A stretch of 64,000 nt of DNA. It comes from Nemertoderma westbladi. Lineage: Eukaryota > Animalia > Xenacoelomorpha. Each line of letters opens with the position of its first letter. Position 1 is the first letter of the stretch. The notes under the pieces are model-generated. The model had not been told where the DNA came from. It saw only the letters and a list, made by a program, of their open reading frames with translations, and ran no database searches. A program made the translations under genes and the position numbers. The stretch spans positions 1,995 through 65,994 of the forward strand of contig JAUCBJ010003476.1 in the NCBI GenBank assembly GCA_032718475.1, in the 5' to 3' direction. Shown here piece after piece: positions 27,899-38,200 of the stretch.

Positions 27899-28975
27899 TG
27901 TAAAGGCTTTGGCGGAATTAGCTGGTTATTTTCCCCGCAAAGTACTCTGTAGGTGTTTTAACGGACATAAAAAGCCGTTTCCTTACTGTACCGGTGTTTT
28001 AGTGGACATAAAAAGCCATTTCTTCTGTATGTGTACTTTAGCGGACATAACTAGCGATTTTATGTCGCAATAAGCCAAAATCCTCTTGATACAGTGTAGT
28101 TACGATGACGACATCTATCAGCTGATATGTACACGTGTATGGTGGCCCATGAGTATCATAACAAAAAAATATATTTATATATTTTTAAATGAAATAAAAA
28201 AACGAATTTTAAAATGCATATGAAAAAAATTCAAACAAAAAATAAAATGCAATTTAAAATGTATTTTAAAGTCGATTTCAAAACGATTTTTAAAAGGCAT
28301 TTTAAAACGCATTCACAACACGCAGCCCATGAGTATCATAACAGACTGACGTAATGGTAGCTGGCCCAGGAGTATCATATCGAACTGTCAGAGGATAGGC
28401 CTAACATGCGCATGCGCGCGCATGCGCATACGTCAGGCTACCTAGTTCCCTTGCTGCCAGCTGTAGAGTACCGGTAGTGCACTACTGTTGAACTGCACTA
28501 GACAGAATCAGAACAGCAGAAGTCAGCTAGTGCAGTAGTGGTATCGGTTCTGCGGTTGTGGCACTTGTGGCAAGGCCCTGCTGCCCTAGGCGTACCGGTA
28601 CCTGTAACTGAATAAGCTCTTTGCTTTGAGTATGCTGAGCGTAGAAAAGCACTATAACTAACTGTATACAGGTATAAGACTATGGCAGTTCGCAGTATGG
28701 CTATATCTGTATATAAATACAGAAATACCCTATATAGGCTATTATTAGCCTATAGCACTGTAGCAGTATAGGGCTGTAGGGTGACCAGTGACCACTGATA
28801 GATTGCAGGTACCGGTCACCGGTACGTCTGTACGTTGATTGACTTTGTGCCAATGCTGTTATCTGTTCTGCTGTTATTCAGAAACTGCTACCGGTAGTAA
28901 ACCGCATACATTGAAATTTCATTATTATATTTATATTGGACGACATCGATCTGTCGATTGCCTCCCTATACTGCT

Positions 28976-30181
28976 ATGCCACCACGAACAGAATGGAAGG
29001 ATGACAAGATTCTTAAAGCGGCTTTGGCTTGGTATGTAAAGAAAAACTACAAAAAAATGGAGATTCTTAACTACATGGAACGCGATTTTGATGAATATGC
29101 ATGGAGTTTGGCCACATTAAGTCGCCGCATGAAGCATTTTGAAATTAGGTATATAGATGACTGTGATCCGCAGATCGTTATGGCTGCTATAGTTAGTGAG
29201 TTAGACGGCCCTTCTCAGAAACTTGGATATAGAGGAATGCATCAAGTTCTCCGTGATAAACATAACTTAAAAGTTCCACGTAGCCTAGTTTCGGACATAC
29301 TACGAGACGTTGATCCAAGAGGTACTGAAGAACGGACACCCAGGTTTAAAGATAAACGTGTGAGAAGTCTATTTGAAAGTGGTGGTTCTTTTCAGACGCT
29401 GAGTATAGACGGCCACGACAAATTATGTGGATACCAAAACCGTACATTTCCCCTGGGGGTCTTTGTGTTTTTAGATACTTATTCTAGAAAAGTACTTAAA
29501 ATCAATGTTTTATTCTCCAACTCACAGCCTTTAGCTATCGCCTCACTATATTATGATTTACTTACTGAAATAAAGTGTATGCCAGTGTTCATTAGGTGCG
29601 ATAGAGGTACCGAGATGGGTAAGCTAGCTACATTGCATTCATACCTTATAGATCAACAAGATATTATGGATGACCCAACAGAAGCTATAATATTTGGGCC
29701 TTCCACGACCAATAAAATTGAACGATGGTGGAGGGATCTTCACGAACGCATGGAAATGTATTATAAGGATCAACTTACAGATCTGTTAGTTACGAATCAA
29801 TACGATCCACATAACGCAAATGACAGGCTTGTTATGGCCTATGTTTACATACCCATTGTGCAGAAGGATTGCGATATGTTCGTGTCAAACTGGAACTCAC
29901 ATAGAATTCGAGCACAGAAGATAGGATTACCAACGGGAATTCCAAATCATATGTTTGATTTTCCCGAAACATACGGTGGCCAGAAATACTCGCTCGATTT
30001 TGATTTACATGACTTGCAACTGGTTGCAGAGCAACTAGGTATCACTGACTATAGTAAGACCCGTATTATGGACTGTGAGGTTATAAGAAAGTGTACTCAG
30101 ATATTGCCAGAACCCGCTAATATTAAGAGTTGTGATGCTAAGGAAGTCTTCATTTATCTTAAAGAAAAAATTAAAGAATAG
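28976..30181 (+). CDS. DDE integrase-core transposase (IS3/IS481-related), 401 aa, intact
   Basis: N-terminal HTH-like segments (WSLATLSRRMKHF; LGYRGMHQVLRDKHNLKVPR); catalytic motifs SIDGHDKL, IRCDRGTE, NKIERWWRDL; WNSHRIR. First ATG is 28976. Confidence 0.9.
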   Translation: MPPRTEWKDDKILKAALAWYVKKNYKKMEILNYMERDFDEYAWSLATLSRRMKHFEIRYIDDCDPQIVMAAIVSELDGPSQKLGYRGMHQVLRDKHNLKVPRSLVSDILRDVDPRGTEERTPRFKDKRVRSLFESGGSFQTLSIDGHDKLCGYQNRTFPLGVFVFLDTYSRKVLKINVLFSNSQPLAIASLYYDLLTEIKCMPVFIRCDRGTEMGKLATLHSYLIDQQDIMDDPTEAIIFGPSTTNKIERWWRDLHERMEMYYKDQLTDLLVTNQYDPHNANDRLVMAYVYIPIVQKDCDMFVSNWNSHRIRAQKIGLPTGIPNHMFDFPETYGGQKYSLDFDLHDLQLVAEQLGITDYSKTRIMDCEVIRKCTQILPEPANIKSCDAKEVFIYLKEKIKE

Positions 30182-30725
30182 TTAAAAGAGAAACATATAT
30201 ATTTATTATAATTATAAGGCTATAGAGGGAGGGATGTAACAGATTGGGCATTTATTTTCATTGGCAATCCGGACGGCTAGTACGTAAATTGTATTAACAG
30301 TTAACACGTTATTTTCAATGATAATCCGGATTGCTGAATACCCTATTGGAATCATGGATTTTCAATGTAATTATTAAATTTCAACTAAACTACTACAACT
30401 AACAACTAAAAAAGTTAAAACTTAAAGCGAACAATAAAACTAAAAAAACCAACAAAAAAAACAGTAAAACCAAAAATGTATAAGTTTCGCTGTATGGAGT
30501 AGAACGTGGGTTAGTTACCCCGGTATTAATTTCATTGCAATTTAGATAATTTACCAAACCAGATATTAGTATTATTCAATGTTAGTAACCCCAGCCCAAA
30601 CCCAAACTAGCTGCCGGCTAAAATGTATGAAAAACTAAAGAACTTATGCTAAAATAAAAAAGCAAGTTATAGTTATAAGCAAGTTCTATTGCATGAGTCA
30701 CATGACGAATGATATGATAGGCCTA

Positions 30726-32095
30726 CTAAGTGTTTTCATGGAGGTGCATAATTTTGCAATAACGGTTGCATTTATGGGATAGGAGGAAGGTTTCAATACC
30801 GATCACTGAGCAATTCCCTGCGCAAAAGTATATCTCTTGGTCGTCATATGTTAGTTCTCTACTGGCGATCTCAGGGTCATACAATCGCAGATCTGTGCCC
30901 TGAATATCTAATAGCATTATCTTCTTCTTCGTATGTATATATGAGTAATGGGCGAGCGCCTGCGCCTTATCATAGTTATCCAGCTCGTAATCGCTGAGGT
31001 CTTGGTCCCTCGTATCTGTTACCGTGCCACAGTTGTTTATGTATTTAATAAATGTGCCAGGTACATGCTCCTCTACTGTAATAAATTCCCTCTCAGATGA
31101 ATCCATCACCCCAAACCAAACCTTATTGTAGACGAAAGTTTCTCCAAAATCTTCGTCGAGATTACTCACACACTTCGAGAATGAATCAGTGTTGTAGAAG
31201 CAACGGTATGCATTTGTACCTGTTTTCGAGTGTGATATTCGACGGTTGTTCCCAGTTCCTCAGTTAACATTGCTTCCACACTGGGTTTGTATTTTTTCAC
31301 AACAAACTTTTCATTGCCATCGCAATTGTAGGCCATGTAGGCAGATCTAAACCCACCCTCCGCAAAAGGTACTTTGGACACCTTGTATCTGCCGGCTTTC
31401 TCTATATTCCAAGTGGAGTGCTCAATATCAAATTCTTCACGACATATAGTGACAGCAACGTATTTATCATCTACTATAAGTTTACCTGCCTTTATTAAGC
31501 ATGACACTGATACAGATTTTGGATAAATCTTCGGACTCTCAACTGCCCGTGAAGACCACTCCCTAGATAACATATTGGTAGATGAATAAGTAGTACAGCT
31601 ACCGCCGTCACTTGGTTCTAAATCCTGCAGTGCGGTACTCACTTTACCACCTGCAGCAGCATCACTACCGGGCGTGGTAGGTTGGCTACTAGTACTAGGT
31701 CTACTACTACCACCAGTAAACCTGACAAAGTAAATCTTCTTACATCCCAATTGTTCGATGTCAGAGCAGCTTGGGCCCCTCTCACTAGCCAAAACATCAC
31801 AACTTCCCTCGGGTTCACCATAGTATGCCTCACAGGCAGTCTTTATGTTAGTGATGCTTAGGTCCTCATAGTCAGCTTGGAAAGGTACAAAGTGGCGAGG
31901 CCCAATCGGTTCGTATTTAGATAGTCTACCTCCAGAGTGTTCAGATAATTTTTGTACAGTTAGCCATTGCGGGGATTTGAGTCTACCGGTAGCACCAGTA
32001 CCTTGTTGCGCTCTCTTCGTGCGTTTCGCTGACAGTCTCGCCTCCAAATCGCCGATGTTTGTTTTTCTTCCTTTCTGTCCCGCAACTCCTGCCAT
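30726..32095 (-). CDS. Intronless alpha-kinase (eEF2K/MHCK/TRPM6-7 type) with one frameshift near 31192; ~456 aa if repaired
   Basis: Upstream frame: PFAEGGFRSAY, FVVKKY, QVQMHTVA. Downstream frame: ITVEEHVPGTFIKYINNCG, QALAHYSY, MLLDIQG, LYDPEI, AGNCSVIGI, HKCNRYC. Restoring one base at TCT ACA AC^ACT GAT TCA TTC joins the two ORF-track entries (31166-32101 and 30726-31169). Confidence 0.88.
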
Positions 32096-35000
32096 ATCCA
32101 AGACATACGCATAGGCCTATATACACAGTGGAATACTGAAATATAATAATGTAATACTGAAAAGGAAGTCTACAAATGCGAACTGTACAACTACCGGTAC
32201 TCTACACCTTCAGGTCACAGAAACGAACGAGTCATACTGCCTGACTGCTGTACCGTACCAGTAGTCAAGTTCCAGTACTGTATCACAGTAACAGAAGGCA
32301 TCGGATGTTAGGCCTTGCTGACTTCTGCTGTAGTGCAGTACAACAGTAGTGCACTACCGGTACTCTACAGCTAGCAGCAAGGGAACTAGGTAGCGTATGC
32401 GCATGCTCATGTTAGGCCTATCCTCAGCCAGTTCGATATGATACTCCTGGGCCAGCTACCATTACGTCAGTCTGTTATGATACTCATGGGCTGCGTGTTG
32501 TGAATGCGTTTTAAAATGCCTTTTAAAATTCGTTTTGAAATCGACTTTAAAATCCATTTTAAATTGCATTTTATTTTTTATTTGAATTTTTTTTCATATG
32601 CATTTTAAAATTAGTTTTTTTATTTCATTTAAAAATATATAAATATATTTTTTTGTTATGATACTCATGGGCCACCATACACGTGTAACTTTTCCTTTGT
32701 TTCTTTGTTCGGTCAACCAATCAGAGCGATTCTCATTTTATTTGTACAGAAGCCTCCGGGAAATCGCGCAATGCATTACGGTTTATGTTTACCTTTTTTC
32801 CTGATGCCAGAAGACCGGCTGTGGAATTATTCTGTGTTTCAGGCTTTAGCCAAACATTAGTAGGCTTTGATCATAGAAACGTATAACTGTTATCACAATT
32901 CATATCAACTCAAACCACAAACTGGCATACAGCCCATATCATACCATACATACCTTTCACCGCATTATTTTACTGCTATTTAATGTCGGTTATTAATTGT
33001 ATCAGTTTGATGGAATATTGTTATATTTGGATAATATTGATAAATAATCATAAAACCCCAATCTTCTTGATATACTGAAGGTAAGAGACCGGTTACATAT
33101 AGCAATTGCGACTTACATTCTATTGGTTTTGGAGTGAATCTAATGCTATTTCATAGGCACTACATGTGTCCGTTGCTGTTCTCTTTATATGTGACTAAAA
33201 TCAGTGAAGGTCGGCAGATCGGTGTGCAGCATTGTGCAGTAGTGTGCATGAGTTTGATAGATAACAAAGCATCTCCTAAAGAATGCGCTTTATACGTGAA
33301 TCAATAGCCATCCTGTTGTGCTTAGTGTAAGTCATAACTCTGTTTACATACTTAGAGCGCCACGTCCTAAAGGAACTGTTGATATTTCCCGAAGGTGAAT
33401 AATATTGGTCAGAGATTATATATTAGCGATCAATCGAATAATACAGTAGGCCTACATCGCAATAAGGTCAGAGCTTCCGAATCCAGTCTCCTGGGTATAT
33501 CCAGCGGGTGAATGGTCGCGCATAGGCTGGCTTCGGCTAATGTAGTGTATCAAATACTTGTCATAGGCTAAAGTCGATTTATAACCTAAAAGACACCTAA
33601 ATTTGGCAGGTTAAACTGCTAAAGGTCTAAAAGCGCGAACAATAACAGTTATAGCTTCTTTATTGCACGTAGGCAATAAAGGGCAAAAGTACCGGTCGAC
33701 CGGTAACCAGTAGGCCTGACTACCTAACCACCCGGACCGGTACTTACAGCAGTACAGGTACAGCAGTATTATTCGATTTTGATAATTATATACCGGTAGG
33801 TCTTGATATTTAATCAGGGACTGCAGCCCTGGTTTTTTATTGGGATTTTACTTATTTCTGTCAGTTTTATTTATTTGTAAGTTGATATTGAGCAGAAGGC
33901 GTGTAAGCCTGCTCAGATTGTACAGATAATTTGTAGGCTAGACTGTTGTCTGACTGTTGTTAAGTCTGAAGAGATTGCAGTGTGTGTAGAGTGTATGTCC
34001 GATAAAGTACTAGTTAGGAAAGTGGGTGGCATCCAGTGCTGTAAGGTAAATCCCCCCGAAAGAATAAGTCGTACTACTCGGTTAGAACGCATACTAACTA
34101 ACCATTTCGGAGTCTGCATATACTGTAATTTGTTTAGGCTTGATAGTAGTCTGCCAGCATTTGGTTTGTATTTTGTTTGTGTAGTCTGTAAGGGTAGCGT
34201 AATATTTATTATTCAGAGTTTATGCGATTATTCGCAACATACATACCCCCAAGTTTATTCCTACAGTAATTGTGCTTGTTATACATACCGTTATAGTTAA
34301 ATTAACCCCGGTACTACATCAGGGCTGTTTGGCGTAGGTAAAGACTGGTGATTTTATGCTCTAGTCACTCCGGCAGATACTGTGGTTCTTTTAGCTGTAC
34401 AAGTATTTTTAACTGCTGGTTATTTGTTGTATAAGTACTTGTACCTAATTTAGGGTTTAGTGTACAGTGCTTTCCGAAGGTAATTAGTGTGTAGGCAGTA
34501 TATTTGTGTTGTAAAGTGGTTAATAGGCACGTTGGCTCTGGTAGGCCGCGGTAATTAACTTCTAGGTAGGAACTAAGTAGTACTTATAGCGATACGGCTA
34601 TAAGTCGTCAGACGGTGGTATTTTTCCTATCTGGACAACGCAGTATATTTACTACTGCTTTGTTATTTTCAAATACTGTAGTATCCTGTCCGTTTGTAAT
34701 AACCAGATATTCTAACCCTTTGTTAGGCTGGTTTGTAGACTTCTTGTAAAATTAACCCTAAAAATTCGTACGTGTAATTTTTGTGTTTATTTAGAGATTG
34801 TAATCTCACCCCGAATTGTACGTAATTTGTAGTATTAAGTAACTTAGGCAAATTAGAATTATTTGTTTTAGTGTCCAACAAGTAGCACTTCACTGAGAGC
34901 GTACAGCTTCTGTGCAGTGACTCCTTCCCAGAAATAATAACATTTATTTCAAACATTGACAAAAACCCATTAAACGGGTATATACATATTATAAATCAAC

Positions 35001-35208
35001 TCAAACCGATTTATAAAATAGTAGGCCTGTCATACAACAATTAGGTCTTAATATCAGTTGGACTACTGATTAAATAACGGTAATAAGGTAAAGTAAAGTA
35101 ACTTGGTTCCAAGTAGACTTGGTTTCAAGTAGACTTGGTTCCAGCGGGTGAGTCTCCAGGTTCAAGGAACGGCCCAGTAGAAAGCTCAGCTGGCTGAGCG
35201 CTCAACCC

Positions 35209-38200
35209 ATGGAGAATCAACAGACGCTACCTTTTCCCAAGTGGAAAGTGAAGCGACAGCTGAGAAACCGCATAAGAGGGATGCTATTGACATCTATCTG
35301 TCAGACTATCAACGATTTCTAGGTGACGAAGAGTTGAGGAGACGGCTGTCTGGACTTCGCCCTAATAGTGAAGGAGCCAAGCTTGTGTTGGACGCAATCG
35401 ATGCGGAAATGTTAGCTGCAAACCAAGCTGAATTTGATGAAAGACTCCGCATCGCTAGGGTCCAAGAAGAACAAGTCAAGAAAAAACGTATAGAAGACAG
35501 AAAGACAGCAGCAGCGGCAATGGCAGAGGCAGAAGCGGAAAGAAAGGCGGCAGAGGCAGAGGCAGAAAGAAAGATAGCAGTGGCAGAAGCAGAACGAAGA
35601 GCATCTGAAGAGACCACCCAACTAGAGTTGGAAAATATTCAAGAGAATCAAGACTGCATAAATAAACAGTTAACAGCTAGTCAAATGCAGATGATGAACA
35701 GGAAATGATCAAGAAGTGCAGCAGAGTATCGCGTTAGAACGCGATAAATTAGTAAATACCCAAAGAGGTATACCACCAACCCCGGTAACAATGTATCAAC
35801 CTGTTAGGTCTGAAGTATTTCATGCGCAAGGTGTGGAGCCTACACGCATCTATACTGCTAGTGAAGTAGAAACTCCTATAGTAAACCCTATTAAGGGTAA
35901 TTATAAACCTGTTGACAATGATATTCCATATAGACCTGATCATAATCCGAGAAATTTATATACCGATAACTCGATATTAAATAACACGATGGCCCAAGAA
36001 AGTTTTACACGTCAAATGGCTAGAACCGAAGCCCGTCAAGCGGTAAAGGTGGGAGAGATCGTCAAGTTCAATGGAGATGAGATGAAATGGTTATCTTTTA
36101 ATGAATATTATAAAGATAACATACAGAACTCTGTGCTATCTAATGGAGAGAAACTTAGATTCCTCATCGAGTGCTTGGAAGGATCTCCCAAGTTAATGGC
36201 GTTAAAGTTTATTGGACATCCAGATGGATTAAGACAAGTTTGGGATACACTAAACATCAGGTATGGTAATAGGAATAACATAGCTAGGTATTTGTATGCA
36301 AAATTGGTAGCGCCCCGAAAGTTCATTAGCAGTGGGATTATAGAGTTTTCCGATGAGATTCAGGAGATCTGTAGACAATTAGATTGGCTAGGTAAGTCTC
36401 ATGAATATCAGAGTTCTATGGTTATTGGAGCCGTGGCCTCTACTTTACCGAAGGGTGGAGTAGGTACACGCTGGGATAAGAAAGTGAAGATATGATGATA
36501 AGAAGATATGATGGAACAACAACGACGAGACCCTACCGTGGCTGATCTCATGTCATTCTTAGATGGAGAAGTAAAATTACAGCTCCTAAAGCAGTCCAGA
36601 GAGAAGACACCGGAAAATAAGGTAAGTGAGAAACCAGTTTCTAGGAGAAAGGTAACACCAGTGTGTTATACCGACGACGGCGAAAGCCAGGCTTCTCAAG
36701 AAGAGGACAGCGGGAAAGACACTGAAAGATCTTATTATGTCAACAAAACGCCTAAAGACGTAAGTAAATTCAAGTCTCGAACCAATGACAGGAGAGAACA
36801 GGTAAGAAAAACTCCTCCTACGTCTCCTAAGAGAATTCATGTAAGAAAGCCCGAAGAAAGAACGAGTGTGCACAACGTTACTCAAAATAAGGTAAGTAAC
36901 ATCAAACCGAAATGTGCGCTGTGTGACGGGCCCCACCGTTTGAATGTGTGTGATGAATTCCTAAAGAAATCGTTAAAGGATAGACGGGAAGTCATGTGGG
37001 ATAAGCGGTTGTGTTTATAATTGCCTCAGACAAGGACACCAACGGCGAACCTGTTACTCCGACGCAAGGTGTGCGAAGTGCGGCGCAAAACATCATATCT
37101 TGTTGCACACTGAATTCGAACGAAACAGCTCGAGTCAGGTAAGTGAGTCCGAACTACATGTCCAATTCAGTGATGTGAACGACACTGACCAAAGTTCTGA
37201 GATGGAAGGATTCTATACGGACGAATTCTCCGACGAAAACGAATCCTGTTACCAGATAAATACCGCAGTGTATCGAGCACTTATGTATGAAAAGGATACC
37301 GACAGTGAGCTCCCCCTAACTACTTCTGACCGACAACCATCTTGGAAAGCACCAACTTCCAATGTAGGAATCCGAGAATTTACCGTAGTGCAGTTGAGGG
37401 TCCACGGACCTGAAAGGAGTTATATAGTGAACGCCCTCCTTGACTCCGGTAGCACAGGAACATTCATCGACAAAGAACTAGCCGAAGACATCTTTGCTGG
37501 ACAACCCAAGTTCCGAACAAGTTAAACATGTCAGGAATTATGCAGGTTTGGAAATCTACAGTAATAGCAGATTATTATGTAGGTGCGTTGTCCAACCCCC
37601 AGGATGAACTAGGAGAACACAGTATAAGGTCAGTAAAAATGGTGGCGATAAAGAACTTCGCTACCAGCCAAGTAGAACCTTATAACTGGGATGAGGACGA
37701 TTTCACCCAGCAGCTTAAAATACCTAGATTCAACACAGACTACCCTGGAGTGCAAATACTCATCGGCCAAAATGCGCATGAGGCGCTTGAGACATTGGAG
37801 AAACGGCCTGCTCAACCGCAACCACTACAAACCTATGCGGGAAGAACTAGAGTAGGTTGGTACTTTACTGGCCCTTCCCGTAGAACTCTCATGGAAAGGT
37901 TAAAAAGAACGGGTATACCAGGTAAGTGAATGGGAAGCGGAGAGCAGTGAGGTAGATGACCCAACTGAGGGAACACCATACTCCTCAGATAATGACGATA
38001 TCCACCAACTCTTCGACGAGGAAAATACCATCGACCTCCTTACAGAAAACGAAACTTGGCAAAACCAAGTGAACCTATGTCAACTCATTCATCCATCAGG
38101 ACAAGTCGACTATAACGACGAACTGAATGACGTGATAGATCGCTACAACGCGAGGACTCGGGATGAACACGCCGTACGATTCTTTACTCAAGAGGCTGTA

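Larger units (their letters stand above)
28138..32679. mobile_element. IS3EU-like DNA transposon nested in the 5' LTR, carrying a transposase and an alpha-kinase
   Basis: Absent from the 3' LTR. TIRs ~28138-28528 and ~32317-32679 begin TATGGTGGCCCATGAGTATCATA; CACGTG duplicated at 28132-28137 and 32680-32685. TAY..RTA ends, a 6-bp TSD and two ORFs fit the IS3EU superfamily as I recall it. The exact TSD length is formally ambiguous because the target is palindromic. Confidence 0.88.
27899..33641 (+). repeat. 5' LTR (1195 bp after removing the 4542-bp insertion and one 6-bp TSD copy)
   Basis: 27899-28137 plus 32686-33641 aligns without gaps to 45838-47032; about 7 substitutions counted by eye. 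U3 has a ~40-bp unit (GGTGTTTTA..GGACATAAAAAGCC) repeated ~2.5 times. Confidence 0.95.

Noticed and set aside
35101-35150. TGGTTCC as a displaced tRNA primer-binding site
   Set aside because: It lies 1.46 kb from the LTR end, is part of a 16-bp tandem repeat, and I cannot match it to a tRNA 3' end.
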